A program made the position numbers and the translations under genes. Positions 12,991-26,766 of a stretch of DNA of 64,000 nt are shown one piece after another. The DNA comes from Zygnema circumcarinatum SAG 698-1b (lineage: Eukaryota; Plantae; Zygnematophyceae). The notes below the pieces were generated by a model. The model searched no databases, was not told the DNA's origin, and saw only the letters and a program-made list of their open reading frames with translations. Each line of letters opens with the position of its first letter. Position 1 is the first letter of the stretch. The stretch spans positions 558,001 through 622,000 of the forward strand of contig CM074820.1 in the NCBI GenBank assembly GCA_037447605.1. The letters run 5' to 3'.

Positions 12991-13609
12991 TAAGGTGACG
13001 CAAAAAACGACAAACTAGCGGTCATAAATATGTACGGAGGAGTGTACAGTCCGTACATTAAACAAACGGACACGCACTGCCGAGCTGGCATGGCCTACAG
13101 CTGGTGTGCTCACAGGGAGAGGGAGAGGGAGAGGGGGGGAGGGAGAGAGCGAGAGTGAGAGGGGGACGGAGAGAGGGAGTGGGAGGGAGAGAGGGAGAGG
13201 GAGAGGGAGAGGGAGAGGGAGAGGGAGAGGGAGAGGAGAGGGAGAGGGAGAGGGAGAGAGAGGGAGGAGGGAGAGGGGGAGGGGGAGGGGGAGAGGGAGA
13301 GGGAGAGAGAGAGGGAGGAGAGGGAGAGGGAGAGAGTGGGAGAAGAGGGAGAGGGATGGTGAGGGAGGAGAGAGGAAGGCAGGACCAGTGAGGGTTAGGT
13401 ATCGACGTAGAGGCAGAGGCGGGAAAGGGAGGAAGACGGGGAAAGTGGGAGGGGGTGCCCGAGGGTAGGGAGAGAGGATAGAGAGGGAGAAGGCGGAAGA
13501 GAGGAAGGGCATTGAAGGGGAAGGAGAGGGAGAGAGAGAGAGAGAGAGAGGAAGAGGGAGAGAAGGAGATAGAGAGACTGAGGAAATTCAGAATTTGAAC
13601 CTTGAACCA

Positions 13610-16600
13610 ATGGATCCGCCCCATGGGAAAGATGTATGCAAAAATTCGACCTTGCCGTTGCACGGAACGGAGCCCAATTTCACAGAACCTCAGGAGCTAA
13701 CTGTCAGCGAACCGGCTGTGGGAGAGGTAGTGGGAGAGGTGGTGGGAGAGACAGTGGGAGTGGGAGAGCAGGCGCCCTCTCCCTCCAGAGAGTCCGACCC
13801 GAACGGTTCCATGTTAGAGTTTGCATGCAATGGAACGGCAGACGCGCCCCTGTTTCCATGTCTGCCTGACGATGTTTCTTGGAATATAATTGCAAGAGTG
13901 CCCCGCTGCCAGATTCAAAGAATGCGGAGAGTGTGTAGGCGGTGGAGGAGGGAGGTGGGGAGTGAGAGCTACTTCCAGGCGAGGGAGGGGATGGGGTTCA
14001 CTGAGGCGTGGCTCTATGCATCAATCAGTGACTGGCAGGTAATAATATTGTTACTCTTAATGAGTTCGCTGAATTCTGGTTTTACATATGCTAAATTTAG
14101 CCTTGCTGGATTTCACGAAACTACTGGTTTTTAATTTTAGAATTTTTGTAGGTGGTTTGTGTGTGTGATGTACTGCTACACTCTCTATAGTGCAATTTTA
14201 CGGTCACTTTTCCTCTCCACCCCCTTCGCTCTCTCTCTTCTTCCCTTTCTCTCTCTCCCTCTCTCTGCTGACTCTCTCCCCCTTCCCCTGTAAGCGATAT
14301 CCCGTCTTCTAGCCCTGCCTCTTCCTCTCCTCTGTCTTCCCAAATCTTCTGCTCTCTAACTTCTCTCTCGCTCTTGCGTCTCTTCTCAATTTCTTCCTTC
14401 ACCTGTCTCTCCACTCCCCCCACCCTCCATGAGAGTTCACCCTCCCTTCCCCCCGAACGTCATTCATATACTATCACTGCTGCGATTTCCTCCTCACCTC
14501 TCTCTCTCTCCCTCTCTCACTGCCCCCCTCTCTCTCCTGCAGGGCGTCAACTCGTGGTTTGCCTTCGACCCAGCTTGCAATCGCTGGCACCGTCTCCCTC
14601 CCATCCCGGGCTCCCAACATAGAAACGTCCTCACGTTACAGTTTGCCGTACTGGACGGAAAACTGCTTGTTTCCGGAATGGTGGAGAGAGAGAACATGGT
14701 GGCTGGGGCAACAGGCGTTTTTGTATATGACCCGCGGACCAACGCTTGGAGGAGAGCAGCTCCGATTAACACAGGGAGGTGGTTTTGTATGAGCGGAGTG
14801 GTGGAAGGGAAGCTCTATGTGGCTGGAGGAATAGGAACATGTAATAACTTGGCGCTCGTGCAGTCAGTGGAGATATACAGCATTGAGGAGGACAGGTGGC
14901 AGCAGGTGAGTGGAGGGAGAGAGGAAGAGAGTAGGGAGAGGGACGGAGGGAGGTGAGTGGAGTGGAGGGGGAGGGGTGAAAGGGGATGAATGGGGTAGAG
15001 AAAGGGAGAGAGGAGGGAGGTGAGTGGAGGAGAGGGAGAGAGAGGATGGAGAGGCGTGGAGGGAGAGGTGTAGAGGGTGAGAAGGAATGGGGGAAGTGGA
15101 GCGGGGAAGGCAGGGGGGAAGGAGGGAAGGTAGGAGCTGGAAGGTGGAGTGGAGGGGGAGAGAAGGAAATGTCGGAACTGGGAAAGTAGCGAAGTCAGGA
15201 GGTAGGAGGGTATGCAGAGGGGAGAGAGAGGTAGAGGTAGTGGTAGAGGGAGGTGGGGAGAGGGTAAGGGAAAGGAGAGGGAGAGGGAACAGGATGGATA
15301 CAGGAGTGGGAAAGTTGAGGGGGATGGAGTGGGAGGCGGAGAATGGAAGCGGGCAGTCGTAGAGGGAGAGGGAGATTAAGAGACACATGGATGGGAAAGA
15401 GGAGGAGGGAGAGAGGGGAGGGAGGGGATGCCGGAAGGTAAAGGGTAGTGGCAGAGAAAGAGAGGGAGAAGGAGTGGAAGATGCCTGCAATTGGAACCTT
15501 CTACCCCACTCCCGTTTCAAAGCGGAATATAAACTCAGAAAATTGAGATTTTGGATGGACTGCATACTGGATTCTTGATTCAGTGTGCTGTTGGGCTTAG
15601 GTGGAAGCATTTCACTTTTTGGTCGGTACATTTTTCATATTTTGGCACGTGATCATTTGAAAGCTCTCCTTCTCTCCGTATCCCTCTCTCTGTCTCATCT
15701 ACACTCCCACTCTTGTCCAACACCAAGTCCTTACCCCTCCCTCCTCCCTTTTCATTTTTTTCTTGTTTTGATTCGTGCAATGCAGGTAGAGGCGAGCAGG
15801 CCTGTAGAGCTGATGACTCTTCCTGGCTATCAGGCAGTCATGGATGGAAAACTTTATGCCAAAAATATTGGGTGGGGCCCACGCCTGGGAGTGGCATACG
15901 ACCCGATTCAGGGCTCCCTGCAGGAGCTTAGCACCACAATGGTGCAGGTGATTGCAAACCCTAATTCTGAAGCAATTCGAAACTCAAAACCCTAAACTTT
16001 ACCGGACACTCTGATTGCTGCAAACCCCAGAAAACATTCAGATTTTCGATGTTTTGACAACTTAAAAGCATCAAGTGCTATTTTCTCCTTCAAATTTCCA
16101 TTGAAACACTTCTCAATCCGTAGACAGGAGAGAGTCACCCTAACTTGTTCGTATTGGTGTTGCTGAACCCTAAACTGCCTTCCGATAAAGACCCACCTTT
16201 TCTTACTATTCCTTAACTCTAAACCGTCTTCTGATATAGAACCACTCTCCGTTTTCTAACCCTAAAAACCCTAAACTGAGGCTCCATGCAGGGCTGGACT
16301 GGCCCCACCGCCTCTCTCGACGGAGAATTGTACATAGTCGACTTCAACAATGACCATCAACTGAAAACATGGGACCGAAAAGCCAACAATTGGCAGTCGG
16401 TGGGAGATGTACGGATGTCAGGGGCGTGCCACAAGCCCTGGGCTGTGCAGTTAGTGGCTTTTAGGGGACAGCTTTGCCTCCTTCTCCCGGACCTTACTTT
16501 GCTTTTTGTGGACATTCGGAAGGCGAGGAGGGAAGCAGAAAAAATGAGCAGTGTGAGAGCAAAGTTGCATGTGGTAGATGGGATGGAAGCGTGGAAGAGG

Positions 16601-16660
16601 GAGGGGCAGCTTGTGGTCAATGTTGCGGCTGTGCTTGGATGTCAGGTGTTGGGAGCGTGA
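13610..16660 (+). CDS. F-box/kelch-repeat protein (~440 aa, 4 exons)
   Basis: Exons 13610-14038, 14543-14905, 15786-15947, 16292-16660, all phase 0 with GT-AG. F-box LFPCLPDDVSWNIIARVP..MRRVCRRW; kelch repeats WFAFDPACNRWHRLPPIP, VFVYDPRTNAWRRAAPINTGRWFCMSGVVEGKLYVAGG, GWTGPTASLDGELYIVD. Confidence 0.93.
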
Positions 16661-17811
16661 GGTGAGAGGAGAGGGAGGGAGGGAGGGAGGGAGAGGAGGA
16701 GGGGTGGAGGAGAAGGGGTGAGGTCAAGGAGGGACAGGGGGAGAACTGGGAGGGAAGGGGGAGGGGGAGAAGATTGAGAGGAGGGGGGAGAGGGGGAGAA
16801 GGGGGAGGGGGAAGGGGAGGGAGGGAGAGAGGAGGGGAGAGGAGAGGGAGGGGAGAGGAGGGGTGGGGAAGAGGGAAGGGGGGGGGAGGGGAGGGGGTGA
16901 AGGGAGAGAGAGAGAGAGACGGAGAAGCAGAGAGTGGGAGAGGGAGATGGCGACGCCAACGACCATGTGAGAGGGAGACGATTGGAGGAGATGGATCAGA
17001 AAACGCCGATTGACAACTTCTTAACGAAAAAATGGAAAGTCTAAGAGGAAAACTTTTTTTCTTTTTAGAGAAAATATATTGGGAAACCAGGAAAATATAG
17101 GAGATTTATTTAATAAATTCGACCTGACGCTGGTGGGTTTAGTGAGAGAGGTGAGGAGGGAGAGGGAGAGGGAGAGGGAGAGGAGTTGCGAAGCGGAGGG
17201 CAGAGGGAGATCGAAGAGAGAGGAGAGATAAAGGGAGTGTCTGCAGGTTGGCGGATGGTGGAGGAGAATGAAAAAATAGAGTGAAGTGGGAGAGAAGGCA
17301 AGAAAGCGGCGAAGGCGCAATGTGTTTTAGATGAGGGAGTCGTTAGTGTGTTTTATTCCCAGACCTCCTGCTTTCAATATTGGTCTGGTATATTGCGAGT
17401 AGTAGTTTTTAGGGCCAAAAAAACATAATGTTTGCTGCAATCTGTTGTATTTTAGCAAAATTTATTCCTTTGGGTGTAGCGGTTCAGACGGCCCTCTTCT
17501 GTCAGTGAGAGAGGAGGAATGGGATGCAGTAGAGCCTCTTTCATGTATGCTTTTGAGCTTTTTTTTTTTCTTTTTTGAGAGATTGTGTTTTCTTCTGCGT
17601 GATTGCGCGTTTTTTAATAGGCTTTAGGTAAGGGTTCGTAGGGTTTTGTAGGGTTCGTAGGGTAATAGAATGTTCCATTTGTATATTCCCTTTCAAATTC
17701 AATTTGAAAGGGCTATTAGAAATAAAAAGCTATGATGATATTCCTATGCTGCAGCAGAATAAATTACATATGCAAATTTTCAATGCATGCATCGTGGAGA
17801 AAACCGTTTAT

Positions 17812-17975
17812 CTCGCACGCCTTAAGGCCCCTTCCGATTGGTTTTATCTTGGCTCGCACGCCTCAAGGCCCCTTCCTATTGGTTCAAACTTGGCTCGCAC
17901 GCCTCAAAGCCCCTTCTCAGTGGTCCAAACTTGCCTCGCACGCCTCAAGGCCTCTTCTGATTGGTCCAAACTTGG
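17812..17975. repeat. Tandem repeat, 4 x 41 bp
   Basis: Units start at 17812, 17853, 17894 and 17935. Consensus ctcgcacgcctcaaggccccttcYgattggtYcaaacttgg. Confidence 0.95.
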
Positions 17976-19429
17976 TTCAGGTTTGCTGACAATTCCAACC
18001 AGGTACAGTGTATCGGAACAGAACCGAAGACTGTATCGGTTTTCGATACTGTACCGAAGGTATCGTACGACATGACAATACCTTTACGATACATATCGTG
18101 TCATACTTCATGTTGTATCGTGTGGCGTACGGTAGGATACGATAAATCGACCCAGCGTCACAAGGAACGGCACCCAGGACGCGCCGGCCAATGGGAGCGT
18201 TTTGAGGAGGACGCTGATTGGCGGATGTAACCGGTTTTTGCGGAGGTACGTTCTTGACACGTGGAAATAACGGCTGCGATTGGCGAGGACCGCTGCCGGC
18301 TGTTACAGTGGGAACGGAGGGGAATTCAAGAATTTGAGAATTTGAAATGTTACGCAAAATTAGGGTTGGAAATTTTAGGATAGGGTTTAGGGCTCCTATG
18401 AAGGGTTTAGGGTTTAGGGTTGGATGGGCTTTCATGAGTTGTGGGTGGAATTTTTTTGTTACTGGCAAAACAATGTGAATGGTCGAAATAGATGTAATTT
18501 TGCTGCCAAGTCTGAGAAGAGATTGTACCCTTCCCAGACGCTGTAGTTGTGAACGCGCTTGGTGTGGAACATGAGCGATTTGACCTAACGTCACTTCATG
18601 TCACATGACATTGTTCACATGAGGTGACATGGCATTGCATGTTGCACAACGGTTCCATTCACATACGAGTCATCCAACAGTCTCACAACACAACATGCCT
18701 AGAGCATGTCATGTCCCCATCATCGTTCCACCCAAAGACAACAACAATCCCTAGAAGCCGAGCCATGCCAACCTCCCACACGATGCCCCAAAAACAAAAT
18801 TTGTGCCCCCAACCTTGAACCATGAAATCCCAAAACCAGGCCCATGTCGCACATCAAACAACTTTTTCATAATGTCACGTCACGCCACAACGACCAAGTG
18901 CTCCCACTCCCTCACTCCCCCTCTCCCCCTCTCTCCCTCTCTCCCGCTATCCCTCTCGCTCTCCCTCTCCCGCCCTCCCTCTCTTGTACATCGACAACTG
19001 TAACCTTTCCCTCCCCTCGCCTCTCCCGCCCTAACCCCCTCCCTCACCTCCAGCCACTCTCTGTCTCTCTTTCTCTCTCTCTCTCACTGACTCACTCGCC
19101 AGAGGAGCAAGAGGAGTTTCCCCATATCACTATGCGCCCTGCTCCAGGCAGCACCTGCATTTCTCTTCCGCATCATCACCGCCATGGCGTCAAGCTGACT
19201 GCCCAGGAGCCTCCTCTTCCGGCCTGGTAGCTTCATTGCTTGATTGCCAGAATGTGTTGGTCTACTCCATTAAGGGATCTGAGACTGCTTCGTTGGTTAA
19301 TGCATCTTTTTTTGGGGAAGGGTTCCTGCTAGGTCTAAGACTATGATCCGATCTGGACCTTAACGTCGAATTTCTGCTGGCGTCTACTTGTGCATGCTCC
19401 CAAATCCTAAATGCAGCCCTCACACTCGC

Positions 19430-19469
<40 letters not shown>

Positions 19470-19602
19470 CCCACAAGATGATGCTCATACTCTCCCCCAT
19501 GCCTGCTCTCCTGACCTCTCCCTGCAGGGCCCTCTCCCTCCCTCCCTCCCGCATCCCTCTCTCGCTCCCTCTCTCCCGCCTCCCTCCTCCCAGTCCAAGG
19601 TC

Positions 19603-20606
19603 ATGACTGAGTCCCCTTGGTCCCTTCCCAAGCCCTCCCCCCCTTCCTTAGAGAAGCTCTCCGTCTCCCGCATCAAGGCACCCACGCGCCTTCCTGCCAC
19701 GTGGCTCCGCTGGCTCCCTCTCCGCCTGGATAGGGCCGCACTGTTTGGCAGAGCAATGCGGCTCCTCACAGGCCGCAAAATTGGGCTCTTGGCGGCCGTT
19801 CTATTGGCGGCAGTTTCAGTTGCTATGATACTCAATGACGTTTATTCCATAGATGCTGGCGGCGTCGAGGACTTGATAGGTGAGAGGGAGGGGGAGTGGG
19901 AGAGGGAGAGGGAGAGGGAGGGGGAAAGGGAGGGGGAGGGGGAGAGGGAGGGAGAGGGGCAGGGGTGGGGGGAGTGGGAGGGGGGGTAAGGGAGGGGCGG
20001 AAGGGGAGTGTTTGCGTGCGTGTTAAGGAGTCTTGCGTGTCGAATTTAGTTTGTGGTTTGTAGTTTGACGCATTTACTGTGTACGGTGTACTTTGTACCG
20101 TATGATGAGTTATGAATTCTGTACTATGTACAGATGACTGAGTTTCTGAGGATGATGAGTTTAGAGATTTGAGGGTTTGAGTTTTTTGATGTTTGTTGCT
20201 TATTGGGGTATTGGGGAGTTGAGATAAAGACGAGCATGTGAGGATGATAAGTTTGTGGTGAGGGAACAGAGAAAAAATCCTCAACTGCCAATAGTTCTGG
20301 GCTTCATGGAGGCTCTCCCTTTCTCACCATCATGAAGGCTCATCCAGCTGATCTCGAACTTCTCTCCTCCAGCAAATCTGGAGACAGCAATCTGCAAAAT
20401 GCCTCTGAAGGAATTTCAACACCAAAGGTAAAGGATGATGAAGAAGGGATGAAGGGATTACATGATCTTACTACCTTGTAGGAGTTTAGGCAAAAGTCCC
20501 ATTTTGAGACGCTTGTAAGACTGCCACAGTAAATCTATCAACAGTTGCATTTCACTTATGCAATATTGTGCTTCTGCCTCCCCCCCCTCTCACTTTCTCT
20601 CTCCCC

Positions 20607-20666
<60 letters not shown>

Positions 20667-23600
20667 CTTTCTGCAGAAGCTATATCTTTCATACGCTCCT
20701 CCAATCCCACAAGACCACCCCTGCTTCATGTTCGCTCTGCCTCCACCCCCTCCTCCAAAGAAGAAGAAAAGCGGCTTCAGACGTACGCTTTCCTCCAAAC
20801 TCCCCTCAACCCTAAAACCCTTTTTAACCCTAGTAACCCTAAAAACCCCTTTACAACCCTAATGACCCTAAAAAAACCCTAAAACCCCTCAATAACCCTA
20901 CAAACCCACCAAAATTTTCGAAAAAAACGAGCCAGGTAGACAGCAGCAAGCTAACCCTTCCCTTCATTTTATTTTTTTGCTGCCCGGCAGCCTGCCCGGT
21001 ATGCTACCTCCCTGTGGAGGAGGCGGTGGCAGCTAAGCCCTCCCCCGGGTCTACCGAAGCTGACGTGGCGCTGAGTTTGTCGTATGCGACGGAGGAGCAT
21101 CCGAGCGAGGTGCAGGCGAAGGGGGAGGGGCGGCCGCCCAAGTTTGGAGGGTATCCGACTTTGGAGGATAGGCAGCAATCTTTCTCGATTCAAAACTCCA
21201 TGAATGTTCACTGCGGGTGCGTGTTTTTGCTTTTGAAAAACATGTCTAAAAGAGGTTTAGTAGCTTCGCCTTCTCGTGCTGACAGTTTTATTCCTCAATT
21301 AAAAGAAATGCTAGTTAAAGAAAAAAAAAGTTCATCTGATTTAAATTTTCTTTATTTTACTGGCCTGCCTAGTCATTTGATTGCTACATGCTTTTTTGGG
21401 ATAGATTTAGAAGGATGTTGGATAGACGAGGGAGGGAGGAAGAGGAGGGTTGAGGTGGAGCTTGAGCTTCCAGGGAGTGAGGGGAGGAGGGAGGAGGGAG
21501 GGGGAGGAGGAGGGAGGGAGGAAGGAGGGAAGGGGGATGTGAGGAGGGAGGAGGGGAGGAGGGAGGGGGAGGAGGAGGGAGGGAGGGAAGGAGGGAAGGG
21601 GGATGAGGAGGGGAGGAGGGGGAGGAGGGAGGGGGAGGGAGGAGGGGAGGGAGGGAAGGAGGGAAGGGGGATGAGGAGGGGAGGAGGGGAGGAGGAGGGG
21701 GAGGAGGAGGGGAGGGAGGGAAGGAGGGAAGGGGGATGAGGAGGAGGAGGGGAGGAGGAGGGGGAGGAGGAGGAGGGGAGGGAAGGAGGGAAGGGGGATG
21801 AGGAGGGAGGAGGGAGGGAGGAGGGGGAGGAGGAGGAGGAGGGAAGGAGGGAAGGGGGATGAGGAGGGAGGAGGGGGAGGAGGGAGGGGGGAGGAGGAGG
21901 GGAGGGAGGGAAGGAGGGAAGGGGGATGAGGAGGGGAGGAGGGGGAGGAGTGGAGGGGGAGGAGGAGGGAGGAGGGGAGGAGGGAGGGGGAGGAGGAGGG
22001 GAGGAGGGGGAGGAGGGAGGGGAGGGAGGAGGGAGGAGGGGGAGGAGGGAGGGGGAGGAGGAGGGGAGAGGGGAGGAGGGAGGGGGAGGAGGAGGGGAGG
22101 AGGGGGTGAGGAGGGGGGAGGAGGAGGGGAGGAGGGGAGGAGGAGGGGGGAGGAGAGGAGGAGGGGAGGAGGAGGGGGGAGGAGGAGGAGGAGGGGAGGA
22201 GGGAGGGGGGAGGAGGAGGAGGAGGGAAGGAGGAAGGGGGATGAGGAGGGGAGGAGGGGAGGAGGGAGGGGAGGGAGGAGGAGGAGGGGAGGGAAGGAGG
22301 GAAGGGGATGAGGAGGGGAGGAGGGGGAGGAGGGAGGGGGGAGGAGGAGGGGAGGAGGGGAGGAGGGAGGGGGAGGAGGAGGAAGGGAGGGAGGGGGAGG
22401 AGGAGGGGAGGAGGGGAGGAGGAGGGGGGAGAGGAGGGGAGGAGGGGGAGGAGGGAGGGGGAGGAGGAGGAGGGGGAGGAGGGAGGGGGAGGAGGGAGGA
22501 GGAGGGGAGGAGGGGAGGGAGGAGGGAGGAGGGAAGGAGGGAAGGGGGATGAGGAGGGAGGAGGGGGAGGAGTGGAGGGGGAGGAGGAGGGAGGAGGGGA
22601 GGAGGAGGGGGAGGAGGGAGGGAGGAGGGGGAGGAGGGAGGGGAGGAGGAGGGGAGGAGGGGAGGAGGGAGGGGGGGAGGAGAGGAGGAGGGGGAGGAGG
22701 AGGGGGGAGAGGAGGGAGGAGGGGGAGGAGGGAGGGGGGGGAGGAGAAGGGGAGGGAAGGAAGGAGGGAAGGGGGATGAGGAGGGGAGGAGGGAGGAGGG
22801 AGGGGGAGGAGGAGGGGAGGGAGGGAAGGAGGGAAGGGGGATGAGGAGGGGAGGAGGGGGAGGAGGGAGGGGGAGAGGAGGAGGGGAGGGAGGGAAGGAG
22901 GGAAGGGGGATGAGGAGGGGAGGAGGGGGAGGAGGAGGGGAGGAGGAGGGAGGGAGGGAAGGAGGGAAGGGGGATGAGGAGGGGAGGAGGGGGAGGAGGG
23001 AGGGGAGGAGGAGGGGAGGAGGGAGGAAGGAGGGAAGGGGGGATGAGGAGGGAGGAGGGAGGGGGAGGAGGAGGGAGGGAGGGAAGGAGGGAAGGGGGAT
23101 GAGGAGGGGAGGAGGGGGAGGAGGGAGGGGGGAGGAGGAGGGGAGGGAGGGAAGGAGGGAAGGGGGATGAGGAGGGGAGGAGGGGGAGGAGGGAGGGGGG
23201 AGGAGGAGGGGGAGGCTTTACCTCAGCTTAAAAGGGTTCTCTGAATGTGTGCAGGTTTGTATGGGGGAAGAGGCCGGGAGAGGGTTCAGGTTATGACTTC
23301 TCTGATAAAGACAGAGAAGCCATGGAGGCCTGCCACGATGTGGTTGTAGCTTCCGCCATTTTTGGTGTGTTCTTATCCTTGTCTAGTCCTTCCTCTCCCT
23401 CTCCCTCTCCTCTTCCTCTCCCTCTGCTTCTACCTCAGCTTGCCATGGATGCATGCCAAGCCGGTCATAACTTTCAACATTCTTTATGTTCGTATTAACC
23501 CTTACCTTTACCCCGTTCTCTGCCTTTCCCTCTCCCACTCCCACTCCCTCCCCCTCCCCCTCCCCCTCTACCTCTGCTTCCTACATCTGTCTCACACTCA

Positions 23601-26019
23601 GGGAGTGATTAATCAGTTGTACATCCCATGATGCAAGAAACAAATAATATTTGTGCAAACCCTTAAACCCCAAAATAGCCCACAAATCTTAGGAAACATT
23701 CTTCTTCTGAAACCCTGAAACATATCTGAACCTATCTGTTTCCCATCTGAACCATCCTATGTGCCCTAATTTTTTTGCATTGTTTTGACTTTTTTGGTGG
23801 TTTTGGAAACCAGGAGCATACGATGCTCTTCAGCAGCCTGTGAATATCAGTGAGAGATCGAAGCAGGAAGTTTGTTTTTTCATGTTTGTGGATGAAGAGA
23901 GCTATGCAGACCTTCAAGCAGATGGTTCAATTCCAGATAACGAAGCCACTCATGTCGGAATTTGGCGGATTGTAATTGTGCACAATTTGCCTTTTACCGA
24001 TCCAAGAAGGACTGGAAAGGTTTGTTTCCTTACTTTTTTTTTTGGGGAAAAAAATAATAGTTTAAAGTTATGAGATAGTTAGTCCTAGTGGTTTCATCGT
24101 TCAAAGTCATAGGGGAGTTGTAATATATCGAGTAAAGGAATGTTTTGGAAATGCGTTCGGGCATTTCTTTTCTGCAGCTCTTAACCCTAGAGCCAACATG
24201 AAAAATCTTATTCTTTAAGAATTTTAAAACCCTCATATCAAATTTATATTGGTAGTTGTTGATATTCTCCTACAGCTCGCCATACAGACAGAAACATGTT
24301 TACTTACATAAGTTAGGAAAGGATCCAACTGAGCCGGACACGTTTTTCTTATTTCCCCTGTTTCTTCTATCGGGCAGATTCCAAAACTTTTGATTCATCG
24401 CCTGTTTCCAAACGCCCGCTTTTCCATTTGGATGGATGGAAAGCTTCAGCTGACCGTGGACCCTTATCAGGTGCTGGAGCGGTGTGTTCCTACCCCTCCC
24501 TCCTCTCCCTCCCTCCCACCCCCCCTCCCTCTACCCCCACCCCTCCCTCTCCCCTTCCCTCCCNNNNNNNNNNTCTCCCTCCCTCTCTCTCCCTCCCCCT
24601 CCCCCCCCTCTCCCTCCCTCCCTCCCCAGCTTCCTATGGCGCGGCGGGTTCTCCTGGGCCATCTCGAAGCACTACCAGCGGTTCGACGTGTTCGAGGAGG
24701 CCGAGCGCAACAAGGCCGCGGGGAAGTACGCCAACGCCTCCATCGACGACCAGGTGCGGACGTACCGCCGAGAGGGCCTCACGCCCTACTCGCCCGCCAA
24801 GCTGCCCATCGTCAGCGGTACGCTACAAAGCCGTATCTCACTCTTCAAACTTCAACAATATATATGCTCTCCCCTCCCAACCTTTCCCTCTCTCTCCCTC
24901 CCTCCCTCCCTCCCTTCCCCCCTTCTTCCCACTCCCTCCCTTCCACCTCACTCTCCCTTCCTCCCTCCCCTTCCTCTCTCCCTGCCTCCCTACCGCCTTC
25001 CCTTCCTCCCTCCTTCCTTCCTCCCTTCCTCCCTTCCTCCCTTCCTCCGTTCCTCCCTTCCTCCCTTCCTCCCTCCCTCCTCTCCCTCCCACTCTCCCTC
25101 CCTCTCTCCCTCCCTCCCTCCCTCCTCTCCCTCCATCCCTCCCTTCCTCCCTCCCTCGCTCTCCCTCCTCTCCCTCCCTCTCTCCCTCCCTCCCTCCTTC
25201 CTATCCCTCCATCCCTTTCTCCCTCCATCCCTCCCTTCCTCCCTCCCTCTCCCTCCCTCTCCCGCCCTCCCTCACTCTCCAACTCTCCTTCCTCTCCCTC
25301 TCCCTCCCTCTCTCCCTCCCTCCCTTCCTCCGTCCCTATCCCTCCCTCCCTCACTCTCTCTCTCTCTCCACTCCCTCCCTGAGCAGATGTTCCGGAGGGG
25401 TGTCTCATCATCCGCGAGCACACGCCTCTCTCGCGGCTCTTCGGCTGTCTTTGGTTCAACGAGGTAGACCGTTTCACCTCCCGCGACCAATTGAGTTTCG
25501 CCTTCACACGTGACAAGGTGCTCGCACAGGCGCCATGGCGGCAGACCATGTTCCTCGACTGCGAAAGGAGGAACTTTGTGGTGCAGGTGAGGGAGGGAGG
25601 GAGGGAGGGAGGGAGGGAAGGAGTCGGGAAGGTGAATGGAGAGGAGGGGAGAATAGGTGAGGGTTAGAGAGGGAGGGAGAGGTGGGGAGGTTAGGTGAGC
25701 CGGGTTGGAGTGGGAGGGTAGAAGGAGCTTATGTGAGAGGGGCTGGGGAGCAAGGGTTAAAGTTTGCCGTATTAAACAAAGTACAAAGTAAGACCTACAA
25801 AGTAAGACCCTTCCTTATATTGTATCTCGGGGTCCTATGCAGGGCTACCACAAGCCTGACCTTCGGGAGAAAATGGCGGCAAAGCTGATGGCTGGAGAGC
25901 CAGCTTCAACGAGGGAGAGGGAGAGGGAGAGTGAGGGTGAGAAGAGGTCAGCTTCAGGTGATAGTACTGGAAGGAGGAGGTTGTATGTCGGCTCAACCAG
26001 TAAAAGGAGAACTCGGTGA
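19603..26019 (+). CDS. DUF616 family glycosyltransferase, MUCI70-like type II membrane protein
   Basis: N-terminal TM ([18 protein letters not shown]). Exons include 20677-20782, 20991-21216, 23255-23364, 23814-24019, 24378-24481, 24630-24817, 25387-25586, 25843-26019. They give [113 protein letters not shown]. The exon 1/2 junction (19879 to ~20296) was not phase-resolved. Confidence 0.92.
21430..23215 (+). repeat. ~1.8-kb GGA/GAGG polypurine array inside a DUF616 intron
   Basis: Almost only G and A, with recurring gggaaggagggaagggggatgaggag units. Lies between exons ending 21216 and starting 23255. Confidence 0.95.
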
Positions 26020-26766
26020 TTTGAATGAATCGGAAATCAGGGTATCTTTTTCATTCTTTTTTTTTCAAAATTGGGTTTTGGGGTGGTGAATGGTAGCTGT
26101 TTTGTCGATCGAGATACAAAATTGCTTGGTTTTGGTGTGGTGGGGGAATGTTGTAACCCTAGAATAAATGGAGGGGAATGAGGGAGAATGAGAGGGAGAG
26201 GGAAAGGGAGAGGGAGTGGGAGAGGGAGACGGAGGGAGGGAGGGGGTGGTGTAAGATGTGCCTTCATTCTGTGCTATATGTCGATGAGCCACTCTTCGAT
26301 TAATTTACAAATGTGCACCAAAGGGCGTTTTAGAGGCATCTGTAATCTGTTATTGCTTCAAAAGAATTGAGCCGAACACTCCCTATTCCCATCTCTCTCT
26401 CTTCCTCACTCCCAATCCCCCTCTCTCTAATTTTCGCTCTATGCTCTATTTGTTGTGTTCCCTTCTGTGCTAACATGGTACAGAGTTGGGACCTCAGCCG
26501 AGGTTAAGCTCCTACATAGAAACGGCTGCAGCTTGTCCTATGCAAGGATTATTCTGTGATTGGTATTTAATCAAAGTAGTTCTTTAAAAACTACACTGCA
26601 AACGGTAAACCAATTTTTCCACGGGACTGTTACAAAAAAACCATTATTGACCTATAAATCTTGATTACCTTGACCAGCATTGAATATTTCCATCTAACAA
26701 TTTGGTTTTTCAAAAAGGGCAACCTTAATTTACTTTACAGCTTCATTTTTTTCAGTGCAAAGAATT

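Noticed and set aside
17812-17975. Mini CRISPR array
   Set aside because: The units are head-to-tail with no spacers.
19132-19230. Upstream coding exon for the DUF616 gene
   Set aside because: The donor phase does not match the available acceptors before 19603. It is more likely 5' UTR or a uORF.
21014-23170. Long Gly/Arg/Glu-rich ORFs
   Set aside because: They are translations of the purine-only intron. The flanking DUF616 exons join in frame (VHC-GFV).
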